Origin: Clostridiales bacterium
GTDB taxonomy: Bacteria > Bacillota > Desulfotomaculia > Desulfotomaculales > VENG01
Reading direction: 5' to 3'
DNA length: 64,000 nucleotides
Assembly: GCA_016278505.1 (NCBI GenBank)
Contig: JADQBQ010000002.1
Location: 89,638 to 153,637 of the forward strand
Shown: in pieces, positions 19,870 to 29,373 of the stretch
Position numbering within the stretch: the first letter of the stretch is position 1
Layout of the letters: each line of letters begins with the position of its first letter
The notes under the pieces: generated by a model
The model's input: the letters and a program-made list of their open reading frames with translations, nothing else
Told to the model about the DNA's origin: nothing
Database searches by the model: none
Translations under genes and position numbers: made by a program

Positions 19870-20721
19870 TTACTCAAAATTTTGAAGAAGGTACTCTCCG
19901 CTAAATATCTCTTCCGCCGGACCGGTCATATACACATGATTATTCTCGGACCATTCAATGTCCAAAGAGCCACTGGCAAGGTGTACCGAAACCTGTTTTT
20001 CAGTAAACCCGTTTAAATGTGCAGCCACAGCCGTGGCACATGCTCCTGTTCCACAGGCCATTGTAGGTCCCGCACCTCTTTCCCAGACTCGCATGCGCAC
20101 TTCTGACTGGCTCAATACCTGCACAAATTCTACATTGGTTTTATTGGGAAAGATATTATGATTCTCAATACGTGGTCCCCAGTGAGAAATAGGAACTTCA
20201 TCCACATCAACCACAAAAATAACTACGTGAGGATTACCCATGGAAACTGCGGTAACCTTAAAATTATGTTCCCCCACTTTTAGGTTTTCCCCTATAACCA
20301 TACCGGCAGAGCCTTGCATGGGTATTTCCTTCCTATCCAGCTTTGGTTCACCCATATCAACTTTAACTGCCGCTACAACACCGTTTTGAACACTAACTTC
20401 CGGAACCATAATCCCTGCTTTGGTTTCAACCTTGATCTGTTCTTTCTTTATGATACCCTTTTCATATATATATTTGCTTACACAACGTATGGCGTTACCG
20501 CACATCTCAGCCTCACTGCCGTCAGAATTAAGGATTTGCATGCGAATATCAGCTTCATCAGTGGGCCATAAAAGAACCAGCCCGTCCGCACCTATGCCGA
20601 AATGGCGATCACAAACAGCTTGAGCGAGTTTGGACATATTCCCGGGAAGTTCTTCAGCTTCGGCATCAACCACTATAAAATCATTGCCCAATCCGTGTAC
20701 CTTGGTAAAGTGCAACTGCAT
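19870..20721 (-). CDS. dapF: diaminopimelate epimerase
   Basis: HGLGNDF start region and both catalytic Cys contexts (EMCGNA and ACGTGA). Confidence 0.92.
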   Translation of the reverse strand: MQLHFTKVHGLGNDFIVVDAEAEELPGNMSKLAQAVCDRHFGIGADGLVLLWPTDEADIRMQILNSDGSEAEMCGNAIRCVSKYIYEKGIIKKEQIKVETKAGIMVPEVSVQNGVVAAVKVDMGEPKLDRKEIPMQGSAGMVIGENLKVGEHNFKVTAVSMGNPHVVIFVVDVDEVPISHWGPRIENHNIFPNKTNVEFVQVLSQSEVRMRVWERGAGPTMACGTGACATAVAAHLNGFTEKQVSVHLASGSLDIEWSENNHVYMTGPAEEIFSGEYLLQNFE

Positions 20722-20818
20722 AATCCCCCTTTTAAAAAGGCAGTTAATGTATTATTTGTCGTTATGGTACCAGTTTCCTCCCTAAAGAACAATATATACT
20801 ATATTTTTTAGCTTGACC

Positions 20819-23566
20819 TTATACTTTAACATACATTACTCTTTCCTTTGCCCGCAGGCGAACATGACGTACCAGTGTTCCCATAAACATTGGTGTCAAT
20901 GTTACTGTCCCGATAACCATCCAATGCTGTAATTGCAAAGGCACAGTCTTGAATATAGGTTGCAGCACCGGAACATAAGTAACTGACAATTGCAATACCG
21001 TTGAAATTAGCACCGCTATGATTAAATACTTATTGGAGAAAATCCCCACTTGCAGCAGGGATTGGTGTTCCGAACGACACGCAAATACAAAGAGCAGTTG
21101 GAAAAAAACGAGCGTGTTAAATGCCATAGTCCTGGCGATACCGAGGTCTAATCCACTGCTTATATAGCTCATGATGAATACTCCCAACGTACCGGCGGCA
21201 AAGATTATTCCTGTACCAAGTATCCTCCAGCTTAACCCTTCACTGAAAACACCTTCACCTGGATCCCGGGGTTTTCTTGACATAATACCTTTTTCAATGG
21301 GATCTATACCCAGAGCCATTGCCGGCAGGCCATCTGTCACTAAATTCATCCACAATAACTGTATAGGCAGCAGGGGCAGCGGAAGTCCTCCTAAAACTGC
21401 CAGGAACATAACCAAGACTTCACCAACGTTGCAGGACAGAAGATAGCGGATAAACTTTCTAATGTTATCGTATATCCCGCGTCCCTCTTCAACAGCTGCA
21501 ACTATGGAACTAAAATTATCGTCGGCTAAAACCATGGCAGAGGCTTCCTTGGTAACGTCGGTACCGGTGACACCCATGGAAATGCCGATGTCTGCTTCTT
21601 TTACTGCCGGGGCATCATTAACCCCGTCCCCTGTCATGACCACCACATGTCCTTTATTTTTGAGGGCCCGTACTATGCGCAACTTGTGTTTCGGTGAAAC
21701 CCTGGCACATACTGCTACTTTATTAATTACTTTTTCCAGCCGCTCATCACTCATGCCATCCAAGTCAACACCTGTAAGTACTAATTCATTTTTCCTGTCC
21801 AAGATCCCCATCTCTGCAGCAACTGCCCTGGCCGTGACCTGGTGATCACCAGTTATCATAACAGTTTTTATCCCGGCCCGCTTACAAGTATATACTGCTC
21901 TTACGGCTTCAGCACGAGGCGGGTCAATCATTCCGGCCAGGCCCACAAATACCAGCGACGATTCGAACGCCTTTTCTTCTGTATAGGCTTCTTTACCCGG
22001 TAACTCCTTGTATGCTAAGGCTAGGACCCGTAAGGCGTTTTCGGCCAAGGAAGCATTGCCCTCCATTATTTTCCTTTTTACTTGTGGCGTCAAGACATGT
22101 ATTTTACCGTTCTGTACGTAATGTGTACAAAGGTCCAAAACCACGTCGGGGGCACCTTTTGTGTATAAGACACTTTTGCCATGTTTATTGTACACCACAG
22201 ACATTCGCTTTCGTTCAGAATCAAAGGGGATCTCATGCACCAGTGTTTGTTCCTTTAGTAAACTTTCTTTCCACACCCCGGCCTTTGCAGCCATTACCAA
22301 AAGTGCACCTTCAGTGGGATCACCGGAGATGCTCCACGTTTTGCGCACCCCTTGTTTTATCTTGCGAAAAAGCCCTCCGACATCAATACTTCCTCGCTGC
22401 AGCGTAGAGTTATTGCAAAGAGAAGCAATCTCCATAAAAATTTTAAAGTCTTCATCATTAACATGATCCATTTTAAAATTGCCATGTGGCTCGTACCCTT
22501 CACCGGAAATATCTACAGAAACTCCGCCGATAAATGCTTTCCTCACCGTCATTTCATTTTGGGTTAAAGTGCCCGTTTTATCTGAACAGATAACCGTTGA
22601 ACACCCTAAAGTTTCCACGGCAGGGAGTTTTCTTATAATGGCATTTCTTTTAATCATTCGCTGTACTCCAAGCGCCAGGGCTACCGTAACAATAGCCGGC
22701 AGGCCTTCCGGAATAGCTGCAACAGCTAAACTCACTCCTGCTAAGAACATTTGGTAAGCAGGCAGTCCCCTGTAAATACCCACAACTACTACTAAAAAGC
22801 AAATTAGAAGACAAAAGCTTACCAACCATGTTCCCACTTGCGCCAGGCGCCTCTGCAAAGGAGTCTGTTCAGGCGCTGCAGTTTGAATAAGCCCTGCAAT
22901 TTGTCCCATTTCTGTAGCCATACCGGTCAAAACTACCATTCCCTTGGCCCTGCCGCGGGTGACAACAGTGCCGAAGAAGGCCATATTAAAAGTATCTCCT
23001 AAACTTGTCTCACCTGAAATCACGCCAGTTTCTTTTTTTACCGGGAAAGACTCTCCGGTTAATGCTGATTCCTCTACTTCCAGGTTAAACTCTTCTATGA
23101 TGCGTAAATCCGCGGGAACCCTGTCACCTGCCTCCACAAGCACAATATCACCGGGGACTAATTCCGCTGATGGTATCTTACGCTCCCCCCCGTCCCTTAT
23201 GACATTGGCTTCCGGCGCCGTTAACTGCCTTAAGGCTTCCATAGAGCGCTCCGCCCGGTATTCCTGCACGAGCCCTAAAATAGCATTAACGACAACAATA
23301 ACCATAATCGTAATTGCATCGGCCCATTCACCCAGGACACCGCTTATTGCAGTGGCCGCCAGCAGTACTATGACCATAAAATCTTTAAATTGATTCAGGA
23401 ACATTTGCCAGGCCGGAATTCCCGGGGTTCGGGCCAGTTCGTTGAGGCCAAATCTCTTTGCCCTTTCACCGGCTTCTTTATCATCGAGCCCCCTAAGCGG
23501 GTCACTTTGCAGCCTTTTTAATACCTCTTCTTTTGTAAGTTGATGCCATTGTCCAGACATAGCCAC
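20819..23566 (-). CDS. P-type Ca2+-transporting ATPase (YloB/PMCA-SERCA-like, P2A)
   Basis: 915 aa with the phosphorylation motif CSDKTGTLTQN, TGES, the hinge TGDGVNDAP and about 10 TM helices. Confidence 0.9.
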   Translation of the reverse strand: MAMSGQWHQLTKEEVLKRLQSDPLRGLDDKEAGERAKRFGLNELARTPGIPAWQMFLNQFKDFMVIVLLAATAISGVLGEWADAITIMVIVVVNAILGLVQEYRAERSMEALRQLTAPEANVIRDGGERKIPSAELVPGDIVLVEAGDRVPADLRIIEEFNLEVEESALTGESFPVKKETGVISGETSLGDTFNMAFFGTVVTRGRAKGMVVLTGMATEMGQIAGLIQTAAPEQTPLQRRLAQVGTWLVSFCLLICFLVVVVGIYRGLPAYQMFLAGVSLAVAAIPEGLPAIVTVALALGVQRMIKRNAIIRKLPAVETLGCSTVICSDKTGTLTQNEMTVRKAFIGGVSVDISGEGYEPHGNFKMDHVNDEDFKIFMEIASLCNNSTLQRGSIDVGGLFRKIKQGVRKTWSISGDPTEGALLVMAAKAGVWKESLLKEQTLVHEIPFDSERKRMSVVYNKHGKSVLYTKGAPDVVLDLCTHYVQNGKIHVLTPQVKRKIMEGNASLAENALRVLALAYKELPGKEAYTEEKAFESSLVFVGLAGMIDPPRAEAVRAVYTCKRAGIKTVMITGDHQVTARAVAAEMGILDRKNELVLTGVDLDGMSDERLEKVINKVAVCARVSPKHKLRIVRALKNKGHVVVMTGDGVNDAPAVKEADIGISMGVTGTDVTKEASAMVLADDNFSSIVAAVEEGRGIYDNIRKFIRYLLSCNVGEVLVMFLAVLGGLPLPLLPIQLLWMNLVTDGLPAMALGIDPIEKGIMSRKPRDPGEGVFSEGLSWRILGTGIIFAAGTLGVFIMSYISSGLDLGIARTMAFNTLVFFQLLFVFACRSEHQSLLQVGIFSNKYLIIAVLISTVLQLSVTYVPVLQPIFKTVPLQLQHWMVIGTVTLTPMFMGTLVRHVRLRAKERVMYVKV

Positions 23567-23745
23567 TACCCCCTTAATTTGCCAATTGCTTAACTTAAAT
23601 ATATTGTCTGCGACCCCAAAAAATGCCCCTTTTTTAGGACAGGCATGAGCAACAGTGATATCCTTCCTTTTAGCCTTGGAATTTCCGTGCTATACTTAAT
23701 CCCAAGATAACAAAATCTAAGTGTAATTACCGGAGTTGATACTTT

Positions 23746-25521
23746 ATGCCCTTTGATGGATTAATGTTGACAGCAATAAAATCCGAGCTCAGCAAAACTT
23801 TGGTTGGGGCCAAGATAGATAAGATTTACCAGCCTGCAAAAACTGATATTGTACTGAATATACGTCACCACCGGGAGCGTTTCCGGCTGCTACTGAGCGC
23901 TCACTCGCGTGATGCCAGGGTTCATTTATCCACCCAGCCGAATGAAAACCCAACCCAACCGCCTACATTTTGCATGGTGCTACGCAAACACCTTGAGGGT
24001 GGATCTATTAAAGAGATTGAACAGCCAGGGTTGGAGAGGGTTTTAAAAATACATGTAGCAGCCAGGGATGAACTGGGTCGGCCTTCTGAAAAGCTTTTAA
24101 TTTGTGAAATTATGGGCAAACACAGTAACATTTTATTGGTAGATCCTACAGTTAACATCATTACTGACGGTATAAGGCGATATTCCCACGAAGTAAGCAG
24201 GCATCGTGAGGTATTACCCGGCAGGCCATACATTCCAGCTCCCGCTCAAAATAAGCTTAATCCCCTGCAAGTGGATGAAGACACCTTCCGCAACGTTATT
24301 TTTGCCGCACCCTTGGAAAACAGGGTTGTTAAAGTTCTTCAAAATGGGTTTGAAGGCCTTAGCACTGTGATGGCCAGGGAAATTGTCTTTAGGGCACAGC
24401 TCTCGGAGGAGTTAGCCGTCAATTACTGCGGTGAACATGAAATGCGTGTACTGTGGCAGGCATTACAATCTTTGTCTGTTCCTGCCTCCAATGGGCAATT
24501 TCAATCAACAATAATTGAAGATAACAATAAAAATCCAGTGGAGTTTGCTGCATTTGATCTTACAATATTAGAAGGATATACCAGGCATCATGGCAGCCCC
24601 AGCGAGATTGCGGATAATTTTTTTGCCGCTGTTAAATTAATAGATCGTTTTAAAGGTGAAATACAATCCTTAAAAACAAAATTAAATAAAGAAGTAAAGC
24701 GACTGAAAAAGAAAATGTCCTTGCAAACAGAAAGTGCGGACACGGCACAAAAGGCTGAAAATTACCGTGTATTTGGAGAGCTTTTAACCGCAAATATTTA
24801 TCGCCTGGACAAAGGTAACACAGAAATAGAGGTGAATAACTTCTATGATCCGGAAGGCAAATCAATTGTAATTCCACTGGATGCCAGACTGTCTCCGGCA
24901 GCCAATGCACAATCCTACTTTAAAAAATATGTAAAGGCCAAAAAGACCCGCAAGGCCGCCTTGGAACAAGCACGAAAAAGCAAAGCTGAACTTGATTATC
25001 TGCAGGGAGTCTTACTTAATGTAGAGCAGGCAACTTCACTGGTTGATCTAAGCGAAATTAGGCAGGAGCTAATCGAACAAGGATACATTGGGGACAAAAA
25101 CCATAAAGCACCTACTAAAAAAGAAAAGAAAAAAGCAGCTTCCCCTCCACTGCCCTTTAAGTCCAGTGACGGTTTTTCAATTCTTGTCGGTCGTAATAAT
25201 AAGCAAAATGACAGGTTAACCATGAAGCTGGCCAAAGATAATGACATATGGCTTCATACTAAAGATATCCCTGGATCTCATGTAATCATAAAAACACAAG
25301 GTATGAAAGTGCCTGACCATACGATACACCAGGCGGCGGTAATCGCTGCTTTCTACAGCCAAGCACGTAATTCCCAAAATGTCCCTGTGGATTACACCCC
25401 AAGAAAAAACGTGAAAAAGCCCCGCGGTGCCAAGCCTGGTTATGTTATTTACGAACAACAACGCACAGCTGTGGTTACTCCCGATGCAAAGCTTATTTCA
25501 TCCCTGGAGCAAAAGTATTAA
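23746..25521 (+). CDS. rqcH: ribosome quality-control factor RqcH (NFACT / FbpA family, YloA)
   Basis: MPFDGL...IDKIYQP N-terminus, a coiled-coil middle and a C-terminal DIWLHTKDIPGSHVII motif. Confidence 0.88.
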   Translation: MPFDGLMLTAIKSELSKTLVGAKIDKIYQPAKTDIVLNIRHHRERFRLLLSAHSRDARVHLSTQPNENPTQPPTFCMVLRKHLEGGSIKEIEQPGLERVLKIHVAARDELGRPSEKLLICEIMGKHSNILLVDPTVNIITDGIRRYSHEVSRHREVLPGRPYIPAPAQNKLNPLQVDEDTFRNVIFAAPLENRVVKVLQNGFEGLSTVMAREIVFRAQLSEELAVNYCGEHEMRVLWQALQSLSVPASNGQFQSTIIEDNNKNPVEFAAFDLTILEGYTRHHGSPSEIADNFFAAVKLIDRFKGEIQSLKTKLNKEVKRLKKKMSLQTESADTAQKAENYRVFGELLTANIYRLDKGNTEIEVNNFYDPEGKSIVIPLDARLSPAANAQSYFKKYVKAKKTRKAALEQARKSKAELDYLQGVLLNVEQATSLVDLSEIRQELIEQGYIGDKNHKAPTKKEKKKAASPPLPFKSSDGFSILVGRNNKQNDRLTMKLAKDNDIWLHTKDIPGSHVIIKTQGMKVPDHTIHQAAVIAAFYSQARNSQNVPVDYTPRKNVKKPRGAKPGYVIYEQQRTAVVTPDAKLISSLEQKY

Positions 25522-25596
25522 TGTTCAAATTTTTTCATTCTAAGGTGCAATCCTGGGTACTATATATTGTAAAGGATCCCTTAGGAGGAAAACCTC

Positions 25597-26721
25597 ATGT
25601 CAAATTTTGCTCCGGATAGAGATGATATAGTTAAAACATTGAAAGCACTAACTAAAATTGCCGCTGTTACCGGTTTTGAAGATAATTTACAAGACTACTT
25701 AAAAAGCTTAGTAACACCGTATGCATCATCTATGCAGCAAGACCAAATGGGCAACCTTATTGCATCCCGTAAAGGGATTGAGGGTGGATTAAGAATAATG
25801 TTGTGTGCCCACATGGATGAAATTGGCTTTGTGGTCAGATCGATCGGTCCCTGGGGGTTTTTGTATCTTTACCCTTTGGGAGGTATACCGGAGAATATAG
25901 GTCCCGGCCACTGGGTTACGGTACATACAGATAGGGGACCTGTTTCAGGTACCATCGGGATTCACTCAGCCCACCTTCCTGTATCCGGCATTCCGCCCTT
26001 ATTTGCCGATATAGGGGCGGAACGAAGACATCAAGCCATGGCCATGGGCGTTAAAACAGGGGACCCGGTGACAGTACAATACGGGTTTAAGCAACTAAAC
26101 GAAGAGCGGGTAATAGGGCGGTGTATGGATAATAGAATTGGATGCACAATACTCGTGACTGTACTGAAGTTGCTGGCCCAAACCGTACACCGGACAAATA
26201 TATTTGCAGTCTTTTCAAGCACTGAAGAACACGGTATGCACCCTGGGAATCCTCCCGCCCAGGTGCACGGAGCCAGAGGCGCTTTCGTGGCGGCGCAAAG
26301 TATAAAGCCACACTTTGCAGTGGTACTGGACAGTATGGTAGCCAGTGATATTCCGGGTCTCTCGGAGTCCGAGCAACTTATTCGCCTGGGACGCGGAGTA
26401 ACTCTTCGTCTATTGGACGATATGGCCATTATGCGACCAAAGGTTAAAAAATTTGCCCGTGATGTGGCGGAAAAAAACAATATCAAAATCCAGGAGAGTA
26501 TTTCCAGGTCATTTACCGACACCTCGATGGTACAGCTTTCCGGGGCGGCTGTTTGTACCCTGGGTGTCCCGCTGCGGTACATTCATTCACCCGGCCAGGT
26601 GGCTGCGCTTTCCGATATTGAGAGTGCTATCAACATGGTTACTGGGATAATCCAACAGCTGGAAGCTGAACCGCCTGACTGGTTGCATAATAACACCCCT
26701 GGTAATTTGCAATCCGAATAA
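25597..26721 (+). CDS. M42-family metallo-aminopeptidase (YsdC/FrvX/TET-like)
   Basis: Metal-ligand contexts AHMDEIGF, MDNRIGC, STEEHG and YIHSP. Confidence 0.82.
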   Translation: MSNFAPDRDDIVKTLKALTKIAAVTGFEDNLQDYLKSLVTPYASSMQQDQMGNLIASRKGIEGGLRIMLCAHMDEIGFVVRSIGPWGFLYLYPLGGIPENIGPGHWVTVHTDRGPVSGTIGIHSAHLPVSGIPPLFADIGAERRHQAMAMGVKTGDPVTVQYGFKQLNEERVIGRCMDNRIGCTILVTVLKLLAQTVHRTNIFAVFSSTEEHGMHPGNPPAQVHGARGAFVAAQSIKPHFAVVLDSMVASDIPGLSESEQLIRLGRGVTLRLLDDMAIMRPKVKKFARDVAEKNNIKIQESISRSFTDTSMVQLSGAAVCTLGVPLRYIHSPGQVAALSDIESAINMVTGIIQQLEAEPPDWLHNNTPGNLQSE

Positions 26722-26744
26722 GGATTCCACCTTAACACATAATA
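26716..26744 (+). promoter_or_regulatory. possible forespore (sigma-G/F-like) promoter for the SASP gene
   Basis: GAATA (26716..26720), a 17-nt spacer, then CATAATA (26738..26744). This matches the GHATR-17/18-CATxHTA consensus as I recall it and lies 44 nt upstream of the SASP ATG. Confidence 0.4.
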
Positions 26745-26787
26745 ATAATGCGCTGTTACACCCCTGTATTCAAAAGGAGGTTGGCTA

Positions 26788-26964
26788 ATGGCCAATGGAC
26801 GTGGAATAATGTCCGATGAGTTAAAGTATGAGTTGGCAGATGAACTGGGGGTAGGAGATATTGCCCGCACCGAAGGTTTCGGCGCAGTATCTTCCAGAAA
26901 TTGCGGTAACTTGGTTCGCCTGGCCATTCAGAAGGCCGAACAAATGATGATTCAGGGATTGTAA
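26788..26964 (+). CDS. alpha/beta-type small acid-soluble spore protein (SASP)
   Basis: 58 aa, below the ORF-track size cutoff. Manual translation: MANGRGIMSDELKYELADELGVGDIARTEGFGAVSSRNCGNLVRLAIQKAEQMMIQGL. The E(L/I)AxELGV and SSRxCG..V....I..AEQ blocks are SASP hallmarks. AAAGGAGG RBS. Confidence 0.8.
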   Translation: MANGRGIMSDELKYELADELGVGDIARTEGFGAVSSRNCGNLVRLAIQKAEQMMIQGL

Positions 26965-27028
26965 CAGTAATGGGGGGTGCTTTTAGCATCCCCCATTCTA
27001 TGCAGAATGGTAAAACCGGATACAGGTC

Positions 27029-27057
27029 TTGACAAACCACCTTTTTAAAGGAATAAT
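27029..27057 (+). promoter_or_regulatory. sigma-A-like promoter upstream of the AsnB-like gene (TTGACA-17-AATAAT)
   Basis: TTGACA at 27029..27034 and AATAAT at 27052..27057. Confidence 0.5.
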
Positions 27058-27143
27058 TAGGTAACGGGGAAGCAACTTATAGTGGCACAACGATGTGTCA
27101 CTCACACGATGGAGTGTCCTTCCCCCAAAAGACACGGGAGGGA

Positions 27144-28616
27144 ATGCTTTTGGCTGGAATTATTGCCACTTACGGTTCATCGAATGATGCCGATGTGCAG
27201 GCAATGCTGAATAAGGTAAAGCACAGAGGACCTGATGGAACCATTGGATTCAAATCTGGAAAACTGGTAATAGGGGAAACTTTTCTCTCACTTAACCCTG
27301 AGAAAAATAACTGCTGCGCCGGTGGCGATCAGAAACAGAATTACGCCGCTCTGGATGGAAGAATTTTTAACCGAAAACAATTTACGGATGGAAAGAATAA
27401 TTTTGAGACAGACGGAGAAATAGCGTTAAGGCTGTATCAAGAAAAGGGTCCTGATTTTCTCCAAGGGCTGGACGGGATGTTTGCAATGGTTCTTGCAGTA
27501 GAGGGTGGGAAACCCTTTGCCGCCAGAGATCCCCTTGGCGTCAAGCCATTATATTACGGCTATAAAAACGGTACCATGTATTTTGCCTCAGAGGTAAAGG
27601 CCCTTGTGGGTTATGCCGATGATATTAAATTTTTCCCGCCGGGCCATTACTTTACTCCGGAGTTAGGGTTTAAGCGTTACATTGATTTCGAAGACATGAA
27701 GTGGAAAGAGCACGAGCTGGATGAAGCTCTCGGCAAAATACGAAACCTCATGGAAGAAAGTGTGCTTAGGCAGATTCCCGGACAGACGGTCCCGGCATCC
27801 CTGTTAAGCGGAGGCATAGACAGTAGTATCATTGCCGCCATTACCGCGCGTCATGTAGACAATCTTAAAACCTTTTGTGTAGGTATGGAAGGCGCCAAGG
27901 ATCTGGAAGCGGCACGCAAAGTAGCAGACTTTATCGGATCACAGCATACCCAGTACACATATGATAAGAAAGACATCCAAGAAATACTGCCTGAAGTAAT
28001 TTATTACATGGAGTCTTTTGACCCTTCGTTGATTCGCAGTTCCGTGGCCAATTACTTCGCTTACAAACTTGTAGGAGATAACGCCCGGGTGGTTTTCTCC
28101 GGAGAAGGCGGAGATGAATTGTTTGGCGGTTATATGTATCTGAAGGATTTGGAAGGGGAAGAGAGGCTTCATCAAGAACTAATTGGTTTCTTTGACGGGC
28201 TTCATAACGTTGGTCTACAGCGTGTTGACCGTATGTCCATGGCTCATTCCAAAGAATGCCGCATGCCCTTCCTGGGGATGAACCTGCTGCAGTACGCCAC
28301 AACATTACCGCCCAAATGGAAAATATACGGATCTGAAAAAATAGAAAAGTGGGTGCTTAGGAAGGCCTTTGAAGGATGGATTCCGGATGATGTTCTTTGG
28401 CGCATTAAACAAGAGTTTTCCCAGGGAAGCGGCACCGTGGACGTAATGGATGAAATTGCGCAAGAACAGATTACTGACAGTGAATTTAATCGCGAAAAGG
28501 ATGCAATTAATCCGCCGCTTAGAAATAAGGAAGAACTAATGTATTACCGAATTTTCCGCCAATATTTTGACGATGATTCAGCTGTAGCCACAGTTGGGCG
28601 CTGGATAACGACATAA
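27144..28616 (+). CDS. asparagine synthetase B homologue with a degenerate glutaminase domain (no N-terminal Cys nucleophile)
   Basis: The synthetase domain is intact (LLSGGIDSSIIAAI PP-loop, SGEGGDELFGGY). The N-terminal domain aligns to AsnB (HRGPDG, LYQEKGPDFL, GMFA) but starts (M)LLAGIIA where MCGI is expected. Start set at ATG 27144 behind a GGGAGGG RBS. TTG 27150 would give M-AGIIA. The track start at 27093 is unlikely. Confidence 0.85.
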   Translation: MLLAGIIATYGSSNDADVQAMLNKVKHRGPDGTIGFKSGKLVIGETFLSLNPEKNNCCAGGDQKQNYAALDGRIFNRKQFTDGKNNFETDGEIALRLYQEKGPDFLQGLDGMFAMVLAVEGGKPFAARDPLGVKPLYYGYKNGTMYFASEVKALVGYADDIKFFPPGHYFTPELGFKRYIDFEDMKWKEHELDEALGKIRNLMEESVLRQIPGQTVPASLLSGGIDSSIIAAITARHVDNLKTFCVGMEGAKDLEAARKVADFIGSQHTQYTYDKKDIQEILPEVIYYMESFDPSLIRSSVANYFAYKLVGDNARVVFSGEGGDELFGGYMYLKDLEGEERLHQELIGFFDGLHNVGLQRVDRMSMAHSKECRMPFLGMNLLQYATTLPPKWKIYGSEKIEKWVLRKAFEGWIPDDVLWRIKQEFSQGSGTVDVMDEIAQEQITDSEFNREKDAINPPLRNKEELMYYRIFRQYFDDDSAVATVGRWITT

Positions 28617-28660
28617 ACAAAAGAAGGTACACTCTCTTAAGGGAGTGTACCTTCTTTTTA
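28617..28660. terminator. bidirectional intrinsic terminator between convergent genes
   Basis: Perfect 14-bp stem AAGAAGGTACACTC / GAGTGTACCTTCTT (28621..28634 and 28643..28656), flanked by an A-run and a T-run. Confidence 0.85.
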
Positions 28661-29335
28661 AACCCTTTGCCATATTTGCACTTTGGAATCATATATATAA
28701 CTGAAAGCCTTTCCTTCACCAAAGTAACGATAATCGGCTACCAGGCCCTTAGTGTCAAAAAATAGTTCACCCGTGGCATCCCACCGGGAACAAAAAATTT
28801 CATTATATATGATAAAAGCATCCGGTATGGTTGAATGCTCCAAAAAACCAATAAACTTATCCAGCACCCTAATTGCTCTTTTTCGATCATTATTATGGTT
28901 CCAATGCCCGTATTTTTTCTCAGATAACATTCTACGCATAGTGTAAGGATCATAAACCAGCCAGCTGTCAAACAAGCCATGCATTTCCGGGTAGTTTTTG
29001 CAGTGCCATTCCGGCAGATTATAGATCTTCAGCCTCAATTTAAGCAAAGTTGAATACAGACTGGGCCCGTCCACCACTGTTGCCACACAAGTATCATACC
29101 CAATATAAATATTGAAACGGGTGCAAACATCTTCCGCACGCAAACCAAAAATCTGCCGCCGGTCGAAAACAGGTTTGTGTTCATAAAAGCAGAACTTTTT
29201 GCCTTTGATTAGACTAGCAGGAATCTCTTTCAGAGATTTAAAGCATTCGTCTAATATTATTCTCTCTAACATATCAAAACCGAAGTCGCATGGCCGTTCA
29301 ATCCCGTCACTGTTCATTGATGCTAAATAGTACAA
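28658..29335 (-). CDS. hypothetical protein, 225 aa, aromatic- and Cys-rich, no recognisable domain
   Basis: TTG start 7 nt after a GGGAGGG RBS (alternative ATG at 29317). No TM segment or signal peptide. Many W/Y/F/H/C residues. I recognise no motif. It appears monocistronic, sitting between a terminator and the cbi operon end. Confidence 0.6.
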   Translation of the reverse strand: MYYLASMNSDGIERPCDFGFDMLERIILDECFKSLKEIPASLIKGKKFCFYEHKPVFDRRQIFGLRAEDVCTRFNIYIGYDTCVATVVDGPSLYSTLLKLRLKIYNLPEWHCKNYPEMHGLFDSWLVYDPYTMRRMLSEKKYGHWNHNNDRKRAIRVLDKFIGFLEHSTIPDAFIIYNEIFCSRWDATGELFFDTKGLVADYRYFGEGKAFSYIYDSKVQIWQRV

Positions 29336-29373
29336 CTAGTTGCCCTCCCTCAGCATTTCTCTATATCAATATC

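Noticed and set aside
23600-23665. Weak hairpin plus T-run in the Ca-ATPase 5' leader, as a possible attenuator or riboswitch
   Set aside because: The stem is only about 5 bp (AUGCC/GGCAU), and I recognise no conserved riboswitch motifs. The evidence is insufficient.
26583-27040. 114-aa and 94-aa minus-strand ORFs covering the M42-peptidase 3' end and the spacer
   Set aside because: They are antisense to a convincing SASP gene with RBS and family motifs, and they have no RBS or recognisable motifs themselves.
27093-27143. An 'MC...' start for the AsnB-like gene that might supply the Ntn cysteine
   Set aside because: This Cys would be 19 residues upstream of the position that aligns with Cys1 (immediately before GIIA). 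There is no RBS, whereas GGGAGGG precedes ATG 27144. It cannot restore a functional N-terminal nucleophile.
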